A DNA stretch of 64,000 nucleotides from Candidatus Bathyarchaeia archaeon (GTDB taxonomy: Archaea > Thermoproteota > Bathyarchaeia > 40CM-2-53-6). Shown here one piece after another: positions 19,709 to 28,844 of the stretch. The stretch is from assembly GCA_050013255.1 (NCBI GenBank), contig JBEKFP010000001.1:448001-512000 (forward strand), in the 5' to 3' direction. Each line of letters starts with the position of its first letter. The first letter of the stretch is position 1. The notes below the pieces were generated by a model. That model saw nothing but the letters and a program-made list of their open reading frames with translations, made no database searches and was not told where the DNA came from. The translations under genes were made by a program, and so were the position numbers.

Positions 19709-20825
19709 TGGGTTCATCGTGGTCCTTGCTGCCCAGAACGCGAGATATCACACCCGCCCGAAGGCAATGGTCAACTAGAACGATTGCAACTGCCGCCTCG
19801 ACCACTGGAACCGCTTTCGGAACTATGCACGGGTCGTGGCGGCCAGTTACCTGCACCATGGTATCGTGCATTTCCTTCAGATTGACCGTCTTTTGTTCCT
19901 TAGGAATTGACGAGGGCGGCTTGAACGCAACATGCACAATAATGGGCATGCCATTCGATAAACCGCCAAGTATACCGCCTGCATTATTGGTAAGGGTCTC
20001 AACCTTGCCCTCCCGCACTGTATAGGAATCGTTATTCTGGGACCCCTTCACAGCTGACGATTGAAACCCTAGACCAACCTCAAACCCCTTAACGGCTGGA
20101 ATGCTGAAAGCAATTTTCGCAAGGTCTGCGTCCAGGCTGTCAAAGAAAGGTTCCCCAACTCCGGGCGGCACTCCTGTGGCAATGCATTCCACAATCCCGC
20201 CGAGGCTGTCCCCCTCGCTTCGAGTTTTCATTATTATTTCCTTCATGTTGTCGGCTGTTTCTGGGTCCGCGCATCGTACTGAGTTCGAGTAAGCGTTCCG
20301 TTTTATGGCTTCATACGACAATTGTCGGTCCAACTTAATCGTGTGAATTTGGATAGCATGTGCGAAGACATCGATACCGACAGCGTGCAATAGTTTCTTC
20401 GCGATCGTCCCTGCCATTGTGATTGGGACGGTCAACCTGCCGCTAGCGCGGCCGCCCCCTCGGAGGTCGTTGAAGCCTCCGTATTTGATTCTCGTGGGGT
20501 AGTCGGCGTGTCCTGGCCTAGCTATGAACTTCAACTTGTCATAATCTTGTGACTTCACATCCTTATTCCAAGTGAGCATGGCAACTGGGGCTCCAGTGGT
20601 GTAACCCTCGTATACTCCTGAGAGAAACTGAACGTCATCCTTCTCACGGCGAGCTGAAGTCAGACCGGGGTCAGGTGGCATTCTGCGGTCAAGTTCGGCC
20701 CGCACATCGTCCACACTTAGCTCAAGCCCAGCAGGGCATCCGTCCACAACAACCGCTACTGCAGGACCGTGACTCTCACCAAATACGGTCACGCAGAACT
20801 GCTTTCCGAAGGAACTATCGGTCAA
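19674..20825 (-). CDS. aroC: Chorismate synthase
   Basis: FGESHG, RPGHAD, RGGGRASGR, NNAGGILGG, GRHDPC. Confidence 0.97.
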   Translation of the reverse strand: MTDSSFGKQFCVTVFGESHGPAVAVVVDGCPAGLELSVDDVRAELDRRMPPDPGLTSARREKDDVQFLSGVYEGYTTGAPVAMLTWNKDVKSQDYDKLKFIARPGHADYPTRIKYGGFNDLRGGGRASGRLTVPITMAGTIAKKLLHAVGIDVFAHAIQIHTIKLDRQLSYEAIKRNAYSNSVRCADPETADNMKEIIMKTRSEGDSLGGIVECIATGVPPGVGEPFFDSLDADLAKIAFSIPAVKGFEVGLGFQSSAVKGSQNNDSYTVREGKVETLTNNAGGILGGLSNGMPIIVHVAFKPPSSIPKEQKTVNLKEMHDTMVQVTGRHDPCIVPKAVPVVEAAVAIVLVDHCLRAGVISRVLGSKDHDEPISGRSKLQPPH

Positions 20826-22086
20826 CTATTTCAACTCCAAGTGATCGCAGATCATTGAAGAATGTGGGATATGATTTGCTTACGCATTCGGCATGCTTAA
20901 TGACAACTTGATCCCTTGCCCTTATCGCTGCTATAGAGAGTGCCATTGCAATCCTATGATCACCATGTGAGTCCACAATACCTGCCTCTAGAGAACATGG
21001 CCCAAACATAATCAGACCGTCTTCGGTCTCTTCGATATCAGCTCCAAGTGCCCCAAGCTCGGTAGCAATTGTCTCTAGCCTGTTTGATTCTTTGTAGCGC
21101 AACCTGCCCGCTCCGGTAATCTGCGTCTTTCCTTTGGCGTAGCAACCGAGAACAGCCACTATAGGGCCTAGGTCAGGGCAATCACGCAGGTCAACGTTGA
21201 TGCCCTTTAGTCTGGCACCTTCCACGAGTAGGCCCTCGGGGAGAGAACGCGCCTCAACCCCCATCTTGGAGAGGATTTCAACCATGACTGAATCAGGCTC
21301 AAGGCTATCCCTCGAAAGACCACGAATCAGTAACTTTGAGTCAGTTATGGCCGCTGCGGACATAGCAAACGCAGCGGAGGAAAAATCGCCCGAGACTCTG
21401 TGGGTAGCAGGCTTGTACGATTGCATTGGTGGTACAGTGAACGTTGACTTCTTGCCGTTTGAGCTAACATCAACCCCATGTTTCTTCATGACATCGATAG
21501 TCAGCGAAACGTAACGGTGTGATTCCAGCGGTGAGGTCAGCTCTAATTTCAACTCTTCTTCCATCAGCGGTGCAGCGAGAAGTAGGCCTGAGATGAATTG
21601 GGAGCTAATATCTCCTGGAATGCTAACCTTGCCACCTTTTGGTGGCCCTCCTTCGACGACAACGCAGTTCCGACTTGCTTCCACATCGACTCCGAGTTGC
21701 TTCATGGCTTCAACTAGTGGTTCGATCGGTCTCCCCATCAAACCCTCTTGACCCGCAAGCCTGATTTTCTCCCCTGTCAGCGAAGCGACGGGTATGGTGA
21801 AACGCAAGGTAACTCCGGATTGACCGCATTGAACTTCCTTTCTGGGCGCTGTGGGGCGTCCGTTACTTTGAATGGCCCAAGCGTTTGGCCCACGTTCGAG
21901 TTTTGCTCCGAGGGACGAAATAGCAGCCGTAGTTGCCTCCGTGTCATCGCACGAGAGCGGATTCATAATCTTCGTAACACCCCGGGACAAAAGTCCTGCA
22001 AAGAGCGCCCTATGGGTGTGGGCTTTGGAAGGTGGTGCCCATATCTCGCCGATTAGAACGCTTTTCGGGGTTACGGTAACGTTCAA
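20815..22086 (-). CDS. aroA: EPSP synthase
   Basis: PPSKAHTHR, SSQFISGLL, GDFSSAAF, KESNR, DHRIAM, KSYP; TTG start overlapping the aroK stop. Confidence 0.95.
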   Translation of the reverse strand: MNVTVTPKSVLIGEIWAPPSKAHTHRALFAGLLSRGVTKIMNPLSCDDTEATTAAISSLGAKLERGPNAWAIQSNGRPTAPRKEVQCGQSGVTLRFTIPVASLTGEKIRLAGQEGLMGRPIEPLVEAMKQLGVDVEASRNCVVVEGGPPKGGKVSIPGDISSQFISGLLLAAPLMEEELKLELTSPLESHRYVSLTIDVMKKHGVDVSSNGKKSTFTVPPMQSYKPATHRVSGDFSSAAFAMSAAAITDSKLLIRGLSRDSLEPDSVMVEILSKMGVEARSLPEGLLVEGARLKGINVDLRDCPDLGPIVAVLGCYAKGKTQITGAGRLRYKESNRLETIATELGALGADIEETEDGLIMFGPCSLEAGIVDSHGDHRIAMALSIAAIRARDQVVIKHAECVSKSYPTFFNDLRSLGVEIVDR

Positions 22087-22964
22087 CTTTTCACCCTCGA
22101 GGATTGAGCTTTCTGGAAGTTGAATGATGTTTCGATGATTCTGCCCGGGAGCAAGTTCCATGCGGAAAGAACACCCTTCACCTTAGTCCTTGGGACGATA
22201 GCAGCAACCGCAGGCCCCTTTCCTGTCAGGCCGGCAGCGATAGCCCCTTCGTGAAGAGCCTCTCTAATCGATTTTGTATCGTACCCAAAGGCTTTGCAAT
22301 AAACCAAACCATTCAACGTCATCGAGTTCCAATAGTTTCCGCTCAAGGCCTCTCGGTGTGCAACTTGGACGAATGGCCTGAATTTTCTCAAAGATGCTCG
22401 ATCAACTTCGCTGGTGTACTTTTTGCGGTTTGGAACATGAATGAACACCCGAAAATGATCCTTCGGCTTGAAACGTTTCAGAATCCGCCTGTGCACATTG
22501 TCCGTTACTACGAGCCCGCCGAAGTAGCACGCGCACGCGTCGTCATAGGCTCCGGTCAGCGTCACTCCTGCCCGGAAGCTGGCCTCAACACCCAGTTTCA
22601 CGGTCTGAATATCGTTTACTTTCCTACCCAGAACTTTCAGGCTGGCGATTGCAACGGCGTTGCTTGCAGCGCTGCTGCTTTTCAAGCCGACTGCAATAGG
22701 AATATTGGAATTCGTTTCAATGAGCGCCCCGAAACGTTTGTCTTTTCTGAATCGTTGAAACACATGGCGAGCTGTTGTTTCAATTAGGTTCGGGTCTTCC
22801 TTCGGGTCAGTCAAATTACGCCCAACAAACTGGTGTGGTCGGTTTGTAAGCGTCACTTTCGCTCGCGTCCAAAGCCTAACGCCGAGTGCTGCGCCTCTGC
22901 CGGTGGCCATGGCGTTCACTATGGTTACGGCTCCATGGCTCACTGCCTCAGCTACTTTTCGCAT
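22083..22964 (-). CDS. aroK: Archaeal (GHMP-family) shikimate kinase
   Basis: GAVTIVNA.ATG.G, IP...GLKSSSA, TGAYDDA, GLTGKGP. Confidence 0.93.
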   Translation of the reverse strand: MRKVAEAVSHGAVTIVNAMATGRGAALGVRLWTRAKVTLTNRPHQFVGRNLTDPKEDPNLIETTARHVFQRFRKDKRFGALIETNSNIPIAVGLKSSSAASNAVAIASLKVLGRKVNDIQTVKLGVEASFRAGVTLTGAYDDACACYFGGLVVTDNVHRRILKRFKPKDHFRVFIHVPNRKKYTSEVDRASLRKFRPFVQVAHREALSGNYWNSMTLNGLVYCKAFGYDTKSIREALHEGAIAAGLTGKGPAVAAIVPRTKVKGVLSAWNLLPGRIIETSFNFQKAQSSRVKS

Positions 22965-23835
22965 GCTCCATCGCCAGTATGGTCTGGCTCATTGCACGAC
23001 GCATCTCGATAATTGGAGCGCGCCTTCCTGTCCACAGCTCGAACGCGCATGCGCCTTGGTTGACTAACATGTCTAGGCCGTTGACGCTCTTTGCACCTGC
23101 CAAGTTGGCAAGTTCGAGCAGTTTAGTATGAGGCGGCTTGTAAACAATATCGAAAACGCACTGATCGTGGCTCAACCATTCTGCTGCGATCGGAGGAATG
23201 GACACGCCATCCATCCCCATGGAGGACGCGTTAACCACAATGTTCGCCTGCTGGACGAAATCCTTGAGCATCCTATCCGAGATAGAGGCATATTCGACCT
23301 CAATGTGGAGCTTCCTTCTTATCCTTAGTACGAGCTGCTTAGACTTTGCAACGGTTCTGTTCACGAGTCGAATTGAGGAAGCACGTTGAGCCAGCGTGTA
23401 TGCAATAGCTCGGCTTGCGCCACCAGCCCCGAAAATAAGAACCGACTTTCCGTCAGGCGATACGCCAACCTCCTTTAACGCCCTGAGAGCACCTACCCCA
23501 TCGGTGTTGTAACCTCGGAGTTTTCCATTTTCATTGATTACAGTGTTGACGGAGCCGATCGCGTCAGCTGAGGGTTCAATCATGTCAAGATAGGGCTGGA
23601 CAGTCACCTTGTGAGGCGCAGTAACATTGAAACCCTTCACACCCGAGGCTCGCAAGCCTTTGACAGCGTCCCTCAGATTCCGCCGCGTTACATGGAGAGG
23701 CACGTAGACGGCATTTATTTCGGTTGAGCGAAAGGCAACGTTTTGGATTTTGGGGCTCAAGGAGTGGTCAATGGGGTCCCCTATCAAAGCATAGACCGCT
23801 GTGCTTCCAGAAATTCTTCCGCTACTAAACTCCAA
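22948..23835 (-). CDS. aroE: Shikimate dehydrogenase
   Basis: GDPIDHSLSP, NVTAPHK, NTDG.G, GAGGA, GLDMLVNQG. Confidence 0.95.
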   Translation of the reverse strand: MEFSSGRISGSTAVYALIGDPIDHSLSPKIQNVAFRSTEINAVYVPLHVTRRNLRDAVKGLRASGVKGFNVTAPHKVTVQPYLDMIEPSADAIGSVNTVINENGKLRGYNTDGVGALRALKEVGVSPDGKSVLIFGAGGASRAIAYTLAQRASSIRLVNRTVAKSKQLVLRIRRKLHIEVEYASISDRMLKDFVQQANIVVNASSMGMDGVSIPPIAAEWLSHDQCVFDIVYKPPHTKLLELANLAGAKSVNGLDMLVNQGACAFELWTGRRAPIIEMRRAMSQTILAMEHAKSS

Positions 23836-24484
23836 GTAGTTGCCACGCACTTCGAAGGTTATCAATGGTCAATTGGCCGTCTGCCGTCTTGGAGGCCTCA
23901 GTGAGTGAGGCAAAAGTAAATTCCGCGCCGAAAAGGGGCGAGAGAATTCTTGAGGCGATACCGTGATGTCCCATCGCAAATGACACTAGCCTAGTTTTCG
24001 ATGATTCCTCTTCGAGGAAGCGTAATATGCTCAGGTTGTCGCGTGGACAGAGTGCGGTTGTAACGACCTTGCAGACATCGCTCCCTGCCTTGATTTCGGA
24101 GTCCAAGACCTCACCCAATTCATTTCGTGAAGGAGTTTTTGAAAAGTCGTGGAACGACACAATCACTCCCGATCCCATGGACTTCACCTGACGGACATCA
24201 GACCGTACATGTGGAGAAGCAAGATCTAAATCGATGAATTCAAAACCTGAGGATGCGGCTGTCATGAGGCGCTTTCTTGTCGTGGCTGCGTCTCGATTGG
24301 ACTTGTCGGCAGCTATCGCCGGGAATGTTTTCTTGTGAGCAATATCCTCAAGCGCTGCAAAATTACTCAGGTTGTCGAGTCGAAACTCCACTAAATCTGG
24401 TTTCTTTTGTGATAGCAGGCCCATCAGTTGGTCGAGGTTTTCGCTGCCGTCTACCATGACCGAGAGGCAGATTCGGCAGGTCAA
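23825..24484 (-). CDS. aroD: Type I 3-dehydroquinate dehydratase
   Basis: VEFRLD, IVSFHDFSKTP, K, FAMG..G..SRI, A.GQ. Confidence 0.92.
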   Translation of the reverse strand: MTCRICLSVMVDGSENLDQLMGLLSQKKPDLVEFRLDNLSNFAALEDIAHKKTFPAIAADKSNRDAATTRKRLMTAASSGFEFIDLDLASPHVRSDVRQVKSMGSGVIVSFHDFSKTPSRNELGEVLDSEIKAGSDVCKVVTTALCPRDNLSILRFLEEESSKTRLVSFAMGHHGIASRILSPLFGAEFTFASLTEASKTADGQLTIDNLRSAWQLLGV

Positions 24485-25539
24485 CGCTCTATCGCCATTT
24501 CATCGGCCACGAGCGTTCCGAAATGCCGTCCGCCATCTTCAATCCTGACTAAGACTTCATCGCCCGATTTGAGTTCCGAAACTGACTTCGAAGCCCCGTC
24601 GGAGACTAGGCGCACTGTTTCTGCGTTCTGGACTATGAATGCGAACAAACGTCCATTAACTTCTGTTTCAACCAGAACCATCGGTCGCCTTTCGATTTTC
24701 ACTCGCCCAATGTGCCCCGTTCTCGCACGACCCGACCTGTTCACGATTAGGACCTCGTCCCCTGTTTTCAGTTCTGAAAGGTAACGGGTCTTGTGGTCCG
24801 GGGTTAGGACATAGGATGAAACGGGTCCTGCGTTGACCCTGAAAGGTCGCGGTTCAACATGTGGATTCTTGTGGACCTCAGCTTCCACCAAGAACAAACC
24901 CGATGACTGGGACCCTACTAGCATACCTTCCCCTGGATCCATCAGTTCGCACGTGTCGACGCAGACACGAGCACCCATTCCTATTGGCCTGACCAACGTA
25001 ACGCTCCCTCTAAGTAAAGCGACCTTTTGTTGCATCTGCTTCAGAAATCGTTCCATTTCTTCGATGTCGTTCGGGGAATTTGGTGTAATGACTACTCCAT
25101 CAACCCCAAGTTCTAAGGTTTGCAACGCAACCTTAGCATCACTGACGTTTGCAACATCGGCTAAGAGGACGGCCTTGTTCCTTGTGCGAGCGATGAGGTT
25201 TTCAAGAGGGATAATTTTCCAGTTGGGGCATCGGACTAGGATGTAGCGAATGCCTAACGCAGCCAGCCGAACAACTTTCTGCTCATCTGAATTGTCTTTT
25301 ACTATAACCTCAAGGGCTGAGTTACCTGAAACGCTCTCGCCCACGTCGTGATGGCCTGACAGAAGTTTGATTTCGGAACGTTCATCAGTTGAAGCCGTCT
25401 TTAGTTTCAAGCCACTGGCAAGTGACAGGTCAGCGGGTTGTAGCAATGCAACGTCGCAACGACCTTCAGCGGTTTTGAGTAGCTCCGCTTTGTGGGTTGA
25501 AGTGGTGTTAGGATCGATTCTAATCCAGAGCTGCTTCAC
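24481..25539 (-). CDS. aroB': 3-dehydroquinate synthase II (archaeal type)
   Basis: WKIIPLEN, RVCVDTC, RPFRVNAG, YLSEL, QNAETVRL, RHFG. Confidence 0.95.
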   Translation of the reverse strand: MKQLWIRIDPNTTSTHKAELLKTAEGRCDVALLQPADLSLASGLKLKTASTDERSEIKLLSGHHDVGESVSGNSALEVIVKDNSDEQKVVRLAALGIRYILVRCPNWKIIPLENLIARTRNKAVLLADVANVSDAKVALQTLELGVDGVVITPNSPNDIEEMERFLKQMQQKVALLRGSVTLVRPIGMGARVCVDTCELMDPGEGMLVGSQSSGLFLVEAEVHKNPHVEPRPFRVNAGPVSSYVLTPDHKTRYLSELKTGDEVLIVNRSGRARTGHIGRVKIERRPMVLVETEVNGRLFAFIVQNAETVRLVSDGASKSVSELKSGDEVLVRIEDGGRHFGTLVADEMAIER

Positions 25540-26327
25540 TAAGATGACCCCAGCAACTTCATGGAGCTTTGTGCGCTAGCACCTCCATGAACAATCGCGG
25601 ACAAGGCCTTGCACATAGCCTCTGGTTTTTCGTGTTGGAACACGTTTCGACCAAAGGAGAGGCCTGCGGCGCCAGATTTGATGGAGTTTTCCGCGAGTTC
25701 GAGAACTTCCAAATCGGTTTTCGTCCTAGGGCCGCCAGCCACTACCACTGGAACCGGACAACCGTTGACAACTTTTCTGAAGCTTTCCTGGTCACCGGTG
25801 TAGACTGTCTTAACAATGTCTGCTCCGAGTTCTGCTCCAATTCTAGCTGCGTGGGAAACAACTTCGAATTCATTTTCGCTCTTTATGTTCGGCCCCCTCG
25901 GATACATCATTGCAAGGAGCGGTATCCCGAAAGAATCACACTGCTCAGATAGGTTCCCTAGAAACTCAAGCATCTCATGCTCTTCATCAGCCCCGATGTT
26001 TATGTGGGCCGAAACCGCATCTGCGCCAAGCCTGACCGCTTCCTCAACCGTGCATACGCCGACTTTGAGGTTTGGTTTACTTCCAAGAGTGGTTGAGGCG
26101 GAGACATGGATAATGAGCCCGTGGTTGTGAGTGTCCACGTGTTTTGCAATGCCCTTGTGTACTAAGACCGCGTCTGCTCCACCATTGAAAACAGCCCTTA
26201 TGATTGCTTGCATATTCTCCAACCCTCGTACAGGGCCGAGTGTGACGCCATGATCCATCGCGATCATGAAGGTCTTCGAATCATCCCGCATGATCCGCCG
26301 CATCCTCCTCGTCTTTCCCGATTCCAT
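25539..26327 (-). CDS. aroA': 2-amino-3,7-dideoxy-D-threo-hept-6-ulosonate synthase (DhnA-type aldolase)
   Basis: MDHG, MMYPRG, AELGADIVKT.Y, AGG, GRNVFQ; adjacent to aroB'. Confidence 0.9.
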   Translation of the reverse strand: MESGKTRRMRRIMRDDSKTFMIAMDHGVTLGPVRGLENMQAIIRAVFNGGADAVLVHKGIAKHVDTHNHGLIIHVSASTTLGSKPNLKVGVCTVEEAVRLGADAVSAHINIGADEEHEMLEFLGNLSEQCDSFGIPLLAMMYPRGPNIKSENEFEVVSHAARIGAELGADIVKTVYTGDQESFRKVVNGCPVPVVVAGGPRTKTDLEVLELAENSIKSGAAGLSFGRNVFQHEKPEAMCKALSAIVHGGASAQSSMKLLGSS

Positions 26328-26340
26328 TTCAATATCACCG

Positions 26341-27384
26341 TCAAATGTAGCCTTGAGATTTCATCGACTCGGCTATGAGAACAGCACAACCCGCAGCACC
26401 ACGAACTGTGTTATGGCCGAGGGCAACATACTTCACGCCATCAAACACAGGATCCTTCCTCACCCGCCCCACAACAACAGACATACCACGCCCTTCATTT
26501 CTATCGAAACGCGGTTGCGGCCGGTCCTGTTCTGACCGCACAATGATCGGTCGTTCTGGGGCCGAAGGTAGTTTCAGCTCTTGTGGTTCTGCGGCAAACG
26601 CAGCCATGCAATCGACGACCTGTTCGGGCGTCGATGGCTTCACGGTTTGGACGAAGACGGCTTCTGTGTGCCCGTCGATTACTGGCACGCGGTGGCAGCT
26701 AGCCGATAAATTGAACTCCGCTGAATGCCCAACATTGCCCAGAATTTTCTGAGTTTCCCGTTGAACTTTTTCCTCTTCATCCTTTATGAATGGGATCACA
26801 TTGTCGATTATGTCCAGCGACGCAACGCCTGGGTAGCCAGCGCCGGATACTGCTTGCATTGAAGACATGACGACATTCTTCAGGCCGAATTTGTCAAAAA
26901 TAGGTTTCAATGAAAGGCTGAGGACAGCCGTCGTACAGTTAGGGTTGGTTACTAGCGCACCGTCCCATCTCCGTTTGTGCCTTTGCTCGTCGATAAGTTT
27001 CAGATGATTGAAGTTCGCTTCGGGGTTCAACAGCGGGACATCGGCCTCCATCCTGTATGCTGAAGCGTTACTTACTACAGCATAGCCAGCCCTTGCGAAA
27101 GCCTCCTCAGTTCCAACCGCTTGATCAGCCGGGAGGGCCGAGAAGACAACCTCCGCATCAACTTCCTTGGGATTAGAAGGCTGGATGGTCAGTTCAGCGA
27201 TTCTTTCCTTCAGTCGAGTTTCCATTTTCCAATTAGCCGCTTCGCCATACCGTAGTCCAGCGCTCCTTTCAGACCCCGTTAGAGTTGTAATCTCGAACCA
27301 TGGGTGATCGTTCAATAGCTGTACGAACCGTTGGCCGACAAGGCCGGTTGCCCCTAGGATTGCCGCTTTCACCCTACAACTCAC
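26341..27384 (-). CDS. asd: Aspartate-semialdehyde dehydrogenase (archaeal type)
   Basis: LGATGLVGQRF, NPNCTT, QAVSGAGYPG, RVPVIDGH, HNTVRGAAG. Confidence 0.96.
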   Translation of the reverse strand: MSCRVKAAILGATGLVGQRFVQLLNDHPWFEITTLTGSERSAGLRYGEAANWKMETRLKERIAELTIQPSNPKEVDAEVVFSALPADQAVGTEEAFARAGYAVVSNASAYRMEADVPLLNPEANFNHLKLIDEQRHKRRWDGALVTNPNCTTAVLSLSLKPIFDKFGLKNVVMSSMQAVSGAGYPGVASLDIIDNVIPFIKDEEEKVQRETQKILGNVGHSAEFNLSASCHRVPVIDGHTEAVFVQTVKPSTPEQVVDCMAAFAAEPQELKLPSAPERPIIVRSEQDRPQPRFDRNEGRGMSVVVGRVRKDPVFDGVKYVALGHNTVRGAAGCAVLIAESMKSQGYI

Positions 27385-28726
27385 CCCTCACAACTTGCCT
27401 CATGAGATTCAGAGCCGTCTCCCTCTCGTCCCATGAGACGAAAACAAGAATGCTCGAGGCCAACGTCAGCATTCCGAAAATGTTGATTCCCTTTTCGCGC
27501 AGGCGCTGCGATATTCTACCTATGATCCCGGGAGTGTCCTCCAGGCCAACCCCTTTGACTTTCAGGAAAGCCAAGTTTGCTTGGACTGCCATCGCGAGGG
27601 TTTCGCTGCAACTAGTGACCAAGTCATGGACGCTTGTGAGTGGAAAAGTCTCAGGAGTCTGGGGGACATAGAATATGACGGAGTCGAAGTTGGCTGAGAG
27701 ACCATCGAGCGCCGAATGTTGTCTTATCTCACGCACTACGTTAGCTAGTATCTCCGGGTTTTCGGAAATGGCTTTGCCGGTTATTGTGATCGCCATCGCG
27801 GGGGTCCTGCTGGCAAAAGTAACCTCGATTTCGCCTGATATTCCGCCTGTGATGATTGTTCCGTCAGCTTCTAGGTCGTCTTTATTGTGATTAATCACTT
27901 TGACTGGTATATCGGGATCTTTGTATTTCAGAGCCTTCCTGTGGATGAATTTGGTTCCTGAACCTGCTAACCCCACGAGGGTTCCAACTTCTATCTGCGC
28001 GAGTTTACGTGCGTTTGGAATGATTTTGGGGTCAGCTGTGAGGATTCCATCAGCGTCAGTTACCAAGACGACCTCGTCAGCTCCGATAGCTTTTGCTATG
28101 ATGAAAGCGGTTGTGTCGCTTCCGCCTCGCCCTATGGTGCTTATCTTGCCCCCAGTTGAGCGGCCTACGAATCCAGCGATTACTGGCACCGTCCCCCAGT
28201 CGAGTAGTGGGACGACGTGCTCACGGACTTTCTGCAAGCACAACTCAAGTATTGGGTTCGCGTTGGAGAAGTCATCATCAGTAATGATCGGCCAATCGGC
28301 GTCGGTCGGATCGAAGTATCTCGCTTCGAGACCTTCGGCTTTAAGCGCGGTGGCAAAGATACGTACGCTGGTTCTTTCGCCCATCGCTAGAACGTCATCT
28401 AGATCCGTCTTATCCGGCGCCTTAGTAGAGTCATGATTGACAAGGCCGATAAGCTGGTCAGTCATCTTCCCCATGGCTGAAACTACTACAACGAGTCGAG
28501 TGCCCTTCGCCGTCTCTCTGGATACTAGCCGGGCAGCTTTCGCAATGCGGTCTTTGTCCGCTAGGCTTGAACCGCCGAACTTGACAACAATTCTGCGTGT
28601 CTTTTGTTTAGATGAAGTACCGGGACTTGCTGTGATTACCGTTTGAAGTGTTCTCGGCGCAGAAATCTTACTTGACAGAGTTTGGGGCGTGGTAGAGCCA
28701 GTAGCCCTCACCGTAAATGTAATCAC
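27374..28726 (-). CDS. lysC: Aspartate kinase with ACT domains (true start unresolved)
   Basis: VVKFGGSS, VVSAMG, GRGGSDTTA, TDADGI.TADP; only GTG 28726/28711 lie upstream of the conserved domain. Confidence 0.92.
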   Translation of the reverse strand: MITFTVRATGSTTPQTLSSKISAPRTLQTVITASPGTSSKQKTRRIVVKFGGSSLADKDRIAKAARLVSRETAKGTRLVVVVSAMGKMTDQLIGLVNHDSTKAPDKTDLDDVLAMGERTSVRIFATALKAEGLEARYFDPTDADWPIITDDDFSNANPILELCLQKVREHVVPLLDWGTVPVIAGFVGRSTGGKISTIGRGGSDTTAFIIAKAIGADEVVLVTDADGILTADPKIIPNARKLAQIEVGTLVGLAGSGTKFIHRKALKYKDPDIPVKVINHNKDDLEADGTIITGGISGEIEVTFASRTPAMAITITGKAISENPEILANVVREIRQHSALDGLSANFDSVIFYVPQTPETFPLTSVHDLVTSCSETLAMAVQANLAFLKVKGVGLEDTPGIIGRISQRLREKGINIFGMLTLASSILVFVSWDERETALNLMRQVVRGEL

Positions 28727-28754
28727 CGTGCATTGTACCAGCCATTTGTTTCAT
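28668..28754 (-). CDS. Putative Tyr/Trp-rich leader peptide of the ask-asd-aro operon, MKQMAGTMHGDYIYGEGYWLYHAPNSVK*
   Basis: GAGGGG SD 6 nt before ATG; 4 Tyr + 1 Trp within codons 12-21; first ORF after a TATA-like box; overlaps ask out of frame. Confidence 0.6.
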   Translation of the reverse strand: MKQMAGTMHGDYIYGEGYWLYHAPNSVK

Positions 28755-28793
28755 ACTACGCCCCTCGGTAGCTGAACGCACCACTTGAATGTG

Positions 28794-28801
28794 ACTTAAA
28801 A
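28794..28801 (-). promoter_or_regulatory. Putative TATA box of the aromatic biosynthesis operon
   Basis: TTTTAAGT on minus strand ~30 nt upstream of the leader SD. Confidence 0.5.
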
Positions 28802-28844
28802 GAATTCCTCAGCCAATCAACATAATCTTGCGTCGAAAGACAAT

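Noticed and set aside
28600-28726. Thr/Ser-rich N-terminal extension of aspartate kinase as a thrL-like threonine sensor
   Set aside because: Many of the Thr (ACN) codons are the +1 reading of the TAC/CAC/AAC codons of the overlapping leader, and the extension is in frame with the enzyme
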